Assembly: GCA_946965045.2 (NCBI GenBank) | Contig: OX337234.1 | Location: forward strand, 3,792,737-3,856,736 | Length of the DNA: 64,000 bases | Origin: Epithemia pelagica | Taxonomy: Eukaryota; Protista; Bacillariophyta | Direction of reading: 5' to 3' | Shown: positions 1 through 11,900 of the stretch, piece by piece | How positions within the stretch are numbered: position 1 is the first letter of the stretch | How the letters are laid out: each line of letters opens with the position of its first letter | The notes under the pieces: model-generated | What the model was told of the DNA's origin: nothing | Database searches by the model: none | Seen by the model: only the letters and a program-made list of their open reading frames with translations | Made by a program: the position numbers and the translations under genes

Positions 1-3000
1 AGTGCACAGGGTTACGGAAGGCAATATCTGTAACTCCTAGGCGCGCCACGGAGAGAACATTCTTCCGGAGTTGAACAACACCAAATTCGTCCTCAACTTC
101 GAAGATGGTATCTTCAGTAATGGTACCATCGACTGCATGCATAATCACGGATCCAACAGTTACCGTTCTATACGATCCACCCAAAATATCTGGTGAGTAG
201 GCTCCCACAGTAAGCAACGAAAGAACTTCTTCACGACTGGAGGGCATCGAAGTGAACGCTTGCTCCTCTGTAACTGTGACGTCGCACATACAGTACCCAT
301 CCATAGACATGGAACATCCCTCGTTCATTTCACAGTTAGTGATCAAATTGGTAATTTGATCGCCCCCAGTATAGTACTCGACTCGGAAGAATGTCTTATT
401 ATCTTCTTCTTCATACCCTCTTTCTCGATCTTCGTCCATATCTTCTTCAGGCAGCTCGTGGACAACAGCAATCTGACCACTGCTATGAATCTTGGCTTTC
501 AACTGACACGTCGAAAAAGGTGACATCCAATAGTAATAACGGCCTTCGCATGAAGTCCCTTCACAATTGCGGATATCCAGTTTTCCTGTGGAGCAGTATG
601 CTTCTCCACTTGCATCGGCACAGCGTGCACCTGCGACGGCCGCTTTTACTCGTTCGCCCCAATAATGTGGTTCGTGGGCATTTGCCAGAGCACCATCAAA
701 GCAACAGGCGGTGGAGGCTACAGGGGTTCTTGGATCCGCACACTTGAAAGCTGTCCCACGACCGGCAAAGCGGAATCTCTTTTTGATCATTTGAGCATTC
801 TCGTAGTACGTTTGGTGTACACAGGGAAGGGGAACATATTCGTAAAAGACTCCGCCCTCTACCTGTACCACGCGAATCGTATCTACTGCACATTCGTCTC
901 CAACGCAACCCATGTTCTTTGCCACAGTTACAACGGACGGATAGGTACATTTGCCGCTTTCCTCGTCGGCATTACATAACAGAGAGTTCAATTCTCCTCT
1001 TGGATCGGCCACGAAATGAGCAGTTCGATCATCACTCCCCCAATCCACAGGGTCATCTTGGAGCTCTGGCAATGGATTGTGTCCCAACACAATGTATTTG
1101 GCACCACGTTTCAAAAAGTGCTGGTCTGGACGATCGGCGCAAAGAGGATATCCATCTCCCACATAATGCCCACCCAGTCCCATTTTGGGGAACACATCTC
1201 GCCACAGCGGTTCAATATCCATGGGATCAATGTGGTTCGAGAAAGGGTCGTCTTTATTTCCACGGCCATGCTGTTCCTGAAATCCAGTCCACACCCGAGC
1301 ATATTCCTTTACATCGTCTTTATCAAAGGCCGCAATTGGCTGCCCGTTACCGTTCAGCTTGAACGTTCCATCTATGTTGAGTTGATACATTCCAATAGTA
1401 AACAGCTTCATCATGACACGGGCAAGATTCTGTAAACACAGAACAAGGCAAAGAAGATTGCAATGACAATAAGTGACTCAGAAGGGTGAACGACACGACG
1501 CATCCCGTCGTCTTCTTGTGTTGTCTTACCTCATCTGGATAGCCCAAGCCAGCGCTCTCTCGTTGGCGCCATCGGAACCCCAAGGAACGAGAGTTGAGGT
1601 AATTTAACATGTTTCCCATTACCACGCTGTAGACAACTTCTTTGAGAAGCAGCCGATAGTTCCCAAATGCATTTCGCACAAAGATGTCATAAAATTGGAG
1701 CAACGCCTCGGTCCCAATACGAGTGCCACTGTGCACATTGGCCACCTATAATCATAGATCAGGAGGTGTAAAAGGGAAGATACATTTGAGAAAAAGCCAA
1801 AAGCAAGCCGAAAGAACCGTTGGACTAAAAACTCGGAGTGGTCCAGCACATTGAAACATGTGCTCTCCACTACACACACAGGTAACACGTACCATGATTT
1901 GACTGAGCGCCCAGGCCATGCGTTGTCGCAATTGATCCGGTGCCGTGAGAGCGACCGCCATCCACACGGTTTGACTGTCCTGCAGGGTATGATTCTGAAT
2001 GACGGCCATATCGGGTTGATAATAGACATTCATATCAAAGGCACCCCGAAAGACTTCTCCATCATTGACCAATCGATTGGCTACTTCGCCGGGACTTCCA
2101 CAGACAACGATACCGGCTGTGGAATCCATGTGTTTGTGATTGTGATTGTTTCGAGCACTGTGGCATCCTTGATGGTAGTGATGATGGCCATGAGCCGCCG
2201 AATCGCTTCCGTCCTCATGCTCCGTCGTCTTGCCGTCACCATGGTTGGTACTAAAACTGCTCAGATAACACGAGGCTTCATTCTGAAAGGTCCGTGGAAC
2301 ATTGGCGCACAGCGATTGATACAAGGCGCCATCAGATGTGGTACTATTGGGATTGGGTTTGGTTTGTCCCACCACTTTTTCTCCTCCATCCGGCAAGGGT
2401 GTTTCCAACGTATTTTCTTGCAGGACCAGACGCGGATCGTGAATCCAATACTCCGTCGTTTCGTCGTCGTTGACAAAGCGACCAATGACAATGGCCGGTT
2501 CGCCGCCTCCTCCACCCCGTTCGGTCAAGGTCAAGCACGTTGGGTCCTTCAAGGTGGTCACAGTCAAGAGCCGTTGTCGCGGAGGATCCATGGTTTCATA
2601 GTAACTGAGATCCATATCGGCAACACTGTCTCGAGGCAAATTCACGAGCCATTTGGGTGGTAGGACGGCTTTATCAAAATGAATTTGGGGATTTCCTTTC
2701 ATGGACGATCCAAACAAGACGGGACCAATGCATTCGCCTTGGTATTCCAAATAGACGGATCCACCCACAAAGTTTTGCGGAGCTTGACAAAATTTGTACC
2801 TGTACATGAACATCATTGACAAACAAAAAGAGAGAAAGCACACCAAAGTGTTAGCACCAACGAGGCAGCAAACAGACCCGCCACAAGCCACCACGAGCAA
2901 CGATTGGTAGTTGTGGTGTGTATAGTTTTGGATGATACGTACGATCCATCGGGAAAGACGAGGGCACTTTGTTTCCGTCCCTTGCGCAAGACTTGAATGG

Positions 3001-5149
3001 GCCCTTGGACCAGGGTATGGACGACATTGTGCACGGCCAAGACGCGGTAGGGATGCGTCGTCAAGGTGGACACTTCCAAACTGGCACCGAGATACAAGTT
3101 GGTAAAGGCAAAGTTGCGGTAGGCGGTAAATTCCTGACAGGCATGTGTCACCAAACCAATGGGCGACGAGGTGGCATGACGGGCCGTGGCGCGTTTCCGC
3201 CAAAAGACGCGATGATAGGACGGTTGAATGCGACTGGCATTGACTTGCCATTCCATCCACGAGGCCAAGACCGGGTCGCCCAGGCCCGGTTCCGATTCGT
3301 GGACCTTCCACCATTGTTTCGAAACGGCGGGACTGGCAAAGAATTGGTCGCGATGGGCCGTCAAAAATTCCAATTCACTCGGATTGGTCCCAAACGTGGC
3401 TTGTTCCAAAAAGCGGGCATAAATCGTCGCACCATAGTGGGGATCATCCGTGGCCACGGCATCCGGATGCGAATGGGGCCGTTTGGCAAAGTGTGCCAAT
3501 TGCGGCGAGGTGGACAAGGATCGAGGGACCAAGGCATAGTACAGTGGCAGAGCGTCGGGATCGTCCGTGTGGGGCGGTGGCGGCAAGAGGGCTGGTACAG
3601 CAATGGTACAATACCGTCGATCTCGTCGATCGGAATCGTTATCATCATCGTCGTCGTCTTCCACTTCGTATTCGTCAATTTCATAACAAACGATACTGCG
3701 CAATTGGGGTTGTCCATGGCCGGACCGTTGTCGATAGGGTTCCCAACAATGTCCTTGATAGGACCGGGCAATGGGATTCCAAATGGACCGTCCATCCGTC
3801 TGTACGAGCATGCACAGAGTATCAATCGCACAGGTAATCAATTCCATGGTCCAATAGGCTTCCTCGTCCCATTGTTGCGCAATGGTCTTGTTGCTAAAGA
3901 CTTGCACGGCAATCCCGAGGGGCACCACGGCCGTGCCCCGTCGCAATTCCTCTTGGAGTGTGGCCGGCAAGGCTGGAGACGACGAGGGCGACATGGCTTG
4001 AACGAGCAAATCACTGCAATTCAATCGTGGGGGTGGCAAGGGTGTCGGTGCCGCACTGGGTGACACGGAGGGTTGCACACTGACGGACGGTGTTTGCGTC
4101 GGACTCATACTAACGGTCGGATAATGCGTTGGTGGCACAGACGGCGTTTGCGTTGGTCCTTGACTCGGCGTCGCCGACGGCACCAGGGAGACGGTTGGTA
4201 CCGGAGAGGGTGCGGGAGACACGGTCGGAGCAGCCGTGGTGGGAACGGCTGGCAGCAACTCATCATCTGTTTCGCCTTCCTCCAGAGGCGTTTCCCGTCG
4301 CGACAATAGCCATAGCAATCCCACCATGGGCAAGACCAAAAAACAAAAGAGCATGCAGGCCAATCGTCGACGTCGTTGTTGCCGTCGCGCTTCACTGTGC
4401 CATGCCACACGCGACAAGTACGCCTCGTGGGGCAAACCACTTCCGGCGGCCGCTGCAGCGGCTGCGGCTGCCACGGCCGACGGCGTCTTGCCTTGCAAGC
4501 CCAACATAAATTCGGTTTCTCGTCGCGCCGCACCACTGGCATCTTCTTCATCCTCGCCATCGCCATCCGCAGCAGCGCCACCAATGCCGACCATGCCCAA
4601 ATCCATAATTTTGGGGGCCGCCGGTTGTGTTTGGGGATCGGTCGAGCTGTTGCTAGTCGCCGCTTGGTGTTGCATGGCGGCTGCTAGGGCATGTTCGTCA
4701 CGCGGTGGAAACAAGTGCGACTCGGCGGCATCGTAAAAATGCGATTCCGATGTCGTGCTCTTGGCATTCCAATAATTGGGACCGTAAATGGTCGATGCTG
4801 TCGTTGATGTTGTCGTCCTTGGATGATTCGACCGAGTGGTTGTTGGTGGTGAGGATGGTAGTAGCATCGAGGAGGGTTGATCCGGATCGGGTGGCGAATG
4901 ATCATCGTCACCGCCTGGACTGGTGCTGGGATTCAAGGCACGATCCCAGGTAAAGAGCCATTCGGCTCCGGTTTCCGAGGGTGCCGGAGGCATGATTTGC
5001 TGGTCATGTTGTTGTTGTGGTGGTGCGGCAGCTTGCTGTTGTTGTTCGTCATCGCCCCCTCGAGGTACCAAGGGTTCTTTTTCGGGTTGTTCCAATTCCG
5101 AAGGAGGTTGTGGATGCGGTTGCTGTTGTGGTTGTTGCAGAGGATCCAT
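1..5149 (-). CDS. Single-pass membrane DUF1800-domain protein, paralog 1 (3' end outside the window; probably a DUF1800-DUF1501 fusion like its paralog)
   Basis: Exons 5149-2943, 2799-1893, 1745-1530, 1429-<1 joined by GT-AG introns of phase 2,0,0 at the same positions as in the paralog at 22743-31672. Low-complexity N-terminus, TM helix (LACMLFCFLVLPMVGLLWLL), DUF1800 motifs ARFLEQATFG, APDQLRQRMAWALSQI, FVRNAFGNYR, PDENLARVMMKLFTIG. Confidence 0.85.
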
Positions 5150-5162
5150 AATGATGGACTAT

Positions 5163-5412
5163 GTTTTTTTGTTTTTGTTGAATGCAATCTCTCTCTCTCT
5201 CTCTCGTTCGTATAAAAGGGTTGTTCGCGAGATGGAGCGAAACAGTGTCAGTTGCACACAAGAAACTTGTCGTTCCAAACCCCCCGCAAGAAAAACTGTG
5301 TTGTCAATCGATTCCTGACGGTGATGTCGTTTCGGTTGTTTTGTTTTTTGGTTGAATGCAATCTCTCTCTCTCGTTCGTATAGGGATGTTCGCGAGAAGA
5401 GAAACAGTGTCC
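5163..5412. repeat. Imperfect ~85-bp direct duplication with (CT)n tract just upstream of the paralog-1 start codon
   Basis: GTTGAATGCAATCTCTCTC...TCGTTCGTATA...GTTCGCGAGA...GAAACAGTGTC occurs at ~5163-5250 and ~5340-5412. Confidence 0.7.
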
Positions 5413-6939
5413 AAAAATACCTTCACCAACCAAACGGAATGCGTCTTGTTCTTCTTGTTGCTTCTGTTTTTGGTCTATGTCCAGTTAAAACACACACAAA
5501 CTCAATCGATCCAACGCCAAGGGCCTGTCAGAGAAGAAAACACACCTTTCGAATGGCCACTGGCTTATAAATGTCTCTGTTTCTCCCACACCGAGCCTCG
5601 TTTTTACGGTTCGTTTCTTTTTTTGGAAAATCACGGAAGGGTCTTTGTTTGTCGTCGCACCCCGAACACCGCACCTCTCTCTCTCTCTCTCTGTCTTTGT
5701 TTGGTTGGATGATATCCCTCTCGCTCGTTAGAATAGAGTTGTTCGATCGATCGATCAATCGAAAGAGAGATAAAGCGTCGACTCAAACAGAACACGGGTA
5801 GTTGTAGCAACAGAAAACCAACAACAACGCGATATTGTTGCCAGTCGGTGGAGACAAGAATTTGGAAGCCTGGTTCCACTCGCCGGTTCCTTCTTTTTAT
5901 ATCGATTGTATATTGTTCAGCTACTTATTCGATGGTGTAGTTCTGCTTCTGTCGTGTGGCTGGCTGGATGCTTTGGAAGAACGACAACAACAACACAGCC
6001 AGTCTCTTGTTGGCTCTCTGTTGCATGCAGCAGCAGGTCAATGACACCACAAAAGATCCATCCATCCCCAAAAAACAAAAGGCAGCGCAGTATATAGCGG
6101 TGTGATGCGGCGCGTGCGCGAGAATTGCGAATGGCCGTCTCGCCGTCGTCTGTTTTCTGTTCCTGTGTTCTGGTTCGGTACACCTCCGCGTGATTGTTTC
6201 CCTTACATGGATTGATTCTAAACACAATTCACTGTTAACGACCGCTAGATATTTTGACTGGAGAAGAAGCGAATCAAATGCGTCCGATATAGAACGGATT
6301 CAGTCCCGCAAGATCATGATAATAATATTATAGATAGAGGCATAGAATGGAGGAAGGATTCGTTCTCTCTACGAGGAACAATGGAAACGACCACACGAAA
6401 ACATGTCTGTATCTTGTTCCAGGAGAGGGAAACTCCCTCCCCAGCCGAAACGTCAGGATTGTCTTTGTTCGGGGTGTATCATGATGTGGTTCACCCTTTT
6501 GTATGAATGGAATTGTAATATATCCCAGGCCCCAGGAACGCAAATCCCAAACTCAGGGTCCTGTAACGCGTCTTTGTCAGCACCACCCTTATCATCCCTA
6601 CCGTTTTCGCGGTCTCGTTCTGCCTCGTCTTCCAGCACCATCGTCTCAAGGCCTTGTACACATACCTTACACCGAGGGTGGAGTCATGAGACAGACACCC
6701 ACACTGTGGCAAGCCAAAAGACTCTGTTGGTTGATTGCCATAGTTCTTGGAATAGCTTCAACAGACATTTGTCACATGTCCCCGTGTTGGCATGTTCAGC
6801 TTTTCGCTGTCATACATTTTGGTGTCATTGTACACTTTAGACATTTGCCGCATGTCCCCCCGTGTTTGCATGTTCAGCGTATCGCTGTCAAACATTTTTA
6901 TTTGCCTCATGTCCCCATTGCGTACAATTTGATGCACGT

Positions 6940-7108
6940 TGAAAAGGGCGCGACCTAATGGAGACTAGCCATAGGGCTGACGTATAGGGTCGACGTCACC
7001 TTGCCCAACCAGCCTCACACTCTGGATGACGCACTACTTGCATATCTTTTAGGAACGTACGAACTAGGTAATCTTCTATCATAATTTTACGAATACATAC
7101 CCTTTTCA
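6940..7108 (+). repeat. 5' LTR (169 bp)
   Basis: TG...CA termini with a 9-bp inverted repeat; identical to 14751-14919 except one G/T difference. Confidence 0.97.
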
Positions 7109-7120
7109 GGTTATGAGCCC
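7109..7120 (+). promoter_or_regulatory. Primer-binding site of the half-tRNA-iMet type
   Basis: GGTTATGAGCCC directly abuts the 5' LTR; this motif is known from copia/Ty5-type elements primed by a tRNA-iMet fragment. Confidence 0.85.
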
Positions 7121-7490
7121 AAGCATCACGCATTGAAGCCTGTTGCGAAAAGACCATAACGATTTGGTGGACCAGTTCAAGCGTTTGACGTTGAGGAAAT
7201 CCGTACAAGCGGCCGTTGAAGTCCCCAAGACCTACCAGTTTCGATAGCCCGTTTAAAGAACGGTGGTGCGTCGAAGAAGCAAGAACCAGGTGGTTTCGTT
7301 GCGATTTTCCAGTGAATGGAAACGATAGCTGACTTTCTCAGAGTAGGAGCAGCTGCTGAAGACTCAAGCTTGGATTCCGGTTCCAAGAGAATACCAGGTT
7401 GGTCGTCCTCTGAAGACTCAAGTTTAAGTAGTATCGAAACGATGAGTAATAAAGTAATTATTAACGGAGAAGAGGTTGAAGTGAACACAA

Positions 7491-8915
7491 GTGCCACACG
7501 GTACACGGTCTGAAGATGTGGAGACAGCCCTGTTCAAGAAAGAAGACCGAGAAGGCATGGGTGCAGAGAAGCGCCAGGAACTCTTCTCGAAGGCTGCTAC
7601 TTCAACCCCTGCCAAGTTTGATCTCCTATCAGCTAACATCACAGACGTGAAACAGCTGGAGGAATGTTACAATTTGAATCTTTTGGTGTCTCGTCTGAAG
7701 AGCCAACATATTATGTACGACATGCATGATGTGTTTAGTATTGTTGTACCTGATGGAACAGGACCGAACCTCAAGACGAATACGACACCCAAGGATTTAT
7801 ATCTGTTCTATGCAGATCTCTCAGAAGAAGAAGTCGCTGCCAGTAACGAGTGGTATTCCACATGGCCGAGTAAGTCTTGGTATCGTGAAAACTTAATGTT
7901 AACCGCGAAGCAACTTGAGGCCAGCATGAAGAATTCCCTTTGGACCAAGGTCTATGAACGGTACAAACGTTACAAGACCGAACAGCAAGGTGGTCCTTTA
8001 CTTTTTGTGATTATGATGAAGCTTCTCGTGACCCACACCGAACAAGCAACGAAGAATCTTGTAGACACAGTTGAAAATCTTAAGATTTCTAAAGTCCGTG
8101 GGGAGAATGTTTCTAAGATCGTAAGCCTCATCCTCGGTGCTCACGAACGATTGGAGGCAATTTCGAATGTTCCCGATGATTTCTCTAATACGGTTCTAAA
8201 GGTCTTACAGACTAGTTCCGTGGATCAGTTTAATAAAGTGTTTGAGCTAATTGAGAGCCAAGCACGCATTGCTGGCGCCTTGACTCGCTCTACGCCATCT
8301 ACCCAAGCACAGTTCCAGATCCCCTCTGTTGAAGCCTTGTTGGATCTAGCCGAGCAAGAATATCTCTCCCTTTGTCGCTCCAACGATTGGACGGGGAGCA
8401 AGACACGGGGAAGCCCCTCTACATTCACGGCTGGTGGCCTCACGGCTGATTCCGGCGGTTCTCGGAAATGGAAGCCCGTCTGTTGGAACTGTGGTGGGGA
8501 ACATACCATCAAGGACTGCCCCAAACCAAAGAACGAAGCCCTCATTGAGGCCAATCGTCAAAAATATCAGGCCAAGAAGAAGGCCGGCGCTGGCAACGGC
8601 AATGGCGATCGTAACCGTAGCTCTAACAAGTGGCGCCCTCCTTCGTCCGACGAGAATGGCAAGCGCATCATTGATGGCAAAACCATGCACTGGGATGCCA
8701 CTACCAAACGTTGGAACAAGCCTCAAGGCAATGTTGCCAACGACCAAGCCGCTCCAGCAACCGACTCTTCGATCTCGACCTCCCAAGCGCGGTTTGCTGG
8801 TGCCACTGCCAATGTTGCTGCCACTGGCTCTGCTGCGACGACCCACGCTCAGTCTCGTCGCGTTCTTGAGCGCACCCTTGAGTCTTTAATGACCCAGGTG
8901 CAGAACTTATCTTGA
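7491..8915 (+). CDS. gag: Copia Gag (true start uncertain)
   Basis: 474-codon ORF after the PBS with zinc knuckle CWNCGGEHTIKDC; ends in TGA at 8913-8915. The ORF opens on GTG; the nearest upstream ATG (7442) is in another frame. Confidence 0.85.
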   Translation: MPHGTRSEDVETALFKKEDREGMGAEKRQELFSKAATSTPAKFDLLSANITDVKQLEECYNLNLLVSRLKSQHIMYDMHDVFSIVVPDGTGPNLKTNTTPKDLYLFYADLSEEEVAASNEWYSTWPSKSWYRENLMLTAKQLEASMKNSLWTKVYERYKRYKTEQQGGPLLFVIMMKLLVTHTEQATKNLVDTVENLKISKVRGENVSKIVSLILGAHERLEAISNVPDDFSNTVLKVLQTSSVDQFNKVFELIESQARIAGALTRSTPSTQAQFQIPSVEALLDLAEQEYLSLCRSNDWTGSKTRGSPSTFTAGGLTADSGGSRKWKPVCWNCGGEHTIKDCPKPKNEALIEANRQKYQAKKKAGAGNGNGDRNRSSNKWRPPSSDENGKRIIDGKTMHWDATTKRWNKPQGNVANDQAAPATDSSISTSQARFAGATANVAATGSAATTHAQSRRVLERTLESLMTQVQNLS

Positions 8916-11900
8916 TGGCGTGGCCGTCGACCTCGTGTCGATGCAGGCCACCCTTTCCCTCAAACCTCTCTTCCCAGGAGGGATACCTGGGTAACCTCAG
9001 TTTGGTTGTTGTTTTCTTTTTCTGTGATCCTCGTTTTGTGTTTTCGTTCCATGATGCACTGGGCCTTGTCCTTTGAATCACAGTATTGCCCCCTTTGTCC
9101 GTTCGCTTGTGCGTCTTTCGTCTCCATCTGTTTGCGAGAGGGAGGTGCACGTGGACGCAACCCTTTTTCGCGTGCGATGTTTGGTCCCAACCAGATACGA
9201 CGACGTCGCAAGACTCGGATTTATCACGTACGACGGCGCTTTACCACACAGAGTATGGCCTTTAACGTCGTAACGGATTCGACGGTTACATGGGCTGGTA
9301 CGATTGATATTCAACGGACTCCCTTTACTAAAGCCAGAGCGCGCCTTCCAAGACGACGCGCAAGGCGAGGCAAGAAACCGAAACACAAGAAAGCTACCAT
9401 ACCACGAAGAAGTGCAACGGATAGCTATGAGTTTAACTTCCAAGGAATCGATGTCCCTACAATGTGGACAATACAACAAGAGGAGCCGCCAGATCGAACA
9501 TCAGAGCGACTTTCTCGTTGGTTTGGAACGATGGAGGAGCTGGAAGATGCCATCTTCAAGCCTTGGCCAAGAAAAGGTCCAGATCCTCTAGCCCAGTTCC
9601 ACGCTATACGGGTACTGAGTGGGTCACCTTTCTCCAAAAGTCATGCACCAAAGAAACGCATGCAGAAAGCAATGATTGCTGCTGCCAAGCTGACTGGTAC
9701 TGTGCCTTCCCAAGTCAATCAAGGATCACTGCCACCTTTGCTGCAGCAACGCATGTCAGTCTATCTCAATGCAGCCGATGATGCCGACCTTCCTGTAGTG
9801 ATTGATACAGGAGCATCAACGTCTTTGACTCCTCGGCTGGAAGATTTCGATGGACCAATCAAGGATTGCGAGACAACCGAGCTCAATGGATTGTCGAGTA
9901 CAACGACTGTGGTTGGAGTAGGGATGGCTGCCTGGACACTGAAGGACGTGTTTGGAGTGGTACGAACCATCCGAACACGTGCCTATTACGTTCCAGAGGC
10001 GCAAATCCGCCTGTTTAGCCCCCAAACCTACTTCCAAGAACAAGCCAAAGGCGAATTGTCGGTTAATGCTTTCCGTTCCAGGTTGACTCTTCATGATGGA
10101 AGCGAACTAGAGTTTCCCTTTCATCCCAACAGCAATCTCCCCTTAATGCTGTCTGGCCGCCAAACCAAGATGGGACTTGCCTTTGAAGATGTCATGGCAT
10201 TGTCCAAAGAGTTTGATTGTCATGGTTTGATGTCGGTGGCGGACGAAGTGAACCAAAATGTAACACAGGCTCAAAGAGAGCTGTTGACATGGCACTGGAA
10301 GCTAGGCCATGCGAATTTTGAGTGGATCCAAGATTTGTGTCGAGATCCTAAAACCGATCGACGCCGAATCCTTCGGACACGACACCGTCACGTGTCAAGT
10401 TGTCCCGTCAACGGTTTGCGATGTGCCGCCTGTCAATTGGGAAAACAGCGGCGTCGCGGTGCAAACACACAGCACACTAACACCAAGGATGGTCGCTTTA
10501 TGGTCACTCGGTCAAATAATCTTCGTCCCGGTGACTGCGTCAGTCTTGACCAATATGACTCGACGTTGACTGGCCGTCTTCCGCATACACGCGGCAAAGA
10601 ACCAAAGAAGGACCAGTACACTGGCGGCACGCTCTTTATTGACCATGCTACGGGACTGATGCATTGTGTACATCAAGTGTCCTTAGACGCTGGTGAAACT
10701 ATCGAAGCCAAATTGCACTTTGAACGGTTTGCTCAGGAACACGGAGTTACAGTCAAATCCTATCTGGCCGATAATGCCCCTTTTGGAAGTGCCAAATTTG
10801 TGGAAGCAGTCAAGAATGCCGATCAGACCCTATTGTTTTCTGGAGTTGGGGCTCATCACCAAAATGGTGTGGCCGAGCGCGGCGTTCGTACGGTAACCTC
10901 TTGGGCCCGTACTATGATGCTACACGCTGTGTTGCACTGGCCTGAGCATGCTCACGATTTAAGCCTCTGGCCATTTGCCCTCAACCACGCAGTATGGATG
11001 TGGAATAACCTTCCCAAGCGTGGCTCGTTTATGGCCCCGCTTGAACTTTTCTCTGGCACAATCTTCCCTACCTTGGACCATCTACATCGAAGCCATGTGT
11101 GGGGATGCCCAGTCTATGTACTGGACCCAAAGATTCAGGACGGAAGGAAGCTCCCTAAATGGTCGCCACGTGCCCGACGAGGGCAATATCTTGGCGTTTC
11201 TCCCGACCATTCTAGCACGGTGGGCTTAATTCTGAATATTGCGACTGGCTATGTTAGCCCGCAATATCACGTCGTCTACGACGACCTCTTTTCAAGTGTT
11301 CCTAATGCCGAAACCGGCGGTGTCCTACAACAAGATATGTTTACTGGGTCCTTTTGGGACCAGTTGGTGGCCTCTGGTCTGGAGCGAATTGATGATGGTG
11401 ACTTTGAGGACGAGCAGCCTCAGCCACCACCCCTCCACCAAGATTGGCTCACTCCTGAAGAGATTGATGCCCTACGGCACCAACACAACGACATGGCTCG
11501 TATTAACCCCTTACCTCTGCCTCCTATCCTTCCTCCACGCGCCCCTGCTCCAGAGGGAGCGGCCGCTCCAGAGGGAGCTCTGGTGCCCTTGGCTCCAGAG
11601 GGAGAGGACAATGGTGATGGTGAGATCAACGATGGGGAACCTCTTTTTCCTCCCCTTGATTTGGATGTGGAGCCAAATCCACCAGCAGCTCCTCCTGACG
11701 ACGATCCCCAGGACTTGATTCCTCCTTTGGTGATGGATGGAGTATGGGACGGCCCAAACAACTCCACCATTGACTCTGGAGACGAAGTTGTGATTTTTGA
11801 GAATGAGGAGCAGGATGTGGAAGATCCAGTCCGGGCACAGGAGAAAATGAGACGTGCCCAGCACCTGGAACAGCCGGATGAAATGCATTTTGGTCGTGGC

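Noticed and set aside
1851-4736. Long plus-strand ORFs (270 and 364 aa and others), and similar ones at 16575-17231, 23139-23969, 29318-31534
   Set aside because: Antisense shadows of the DUF1800/DUF1501 exons, with no motifs of their own.
8913-8915. Selenocysteine or a reassigned stop codon explaining the in-frame stops (8913, 38860-38973, 50322)
   Set aside because: Intact genes here end in TAG, TAA and TGA normally; no SECIS was recognised; the affected loci carry other lesions.
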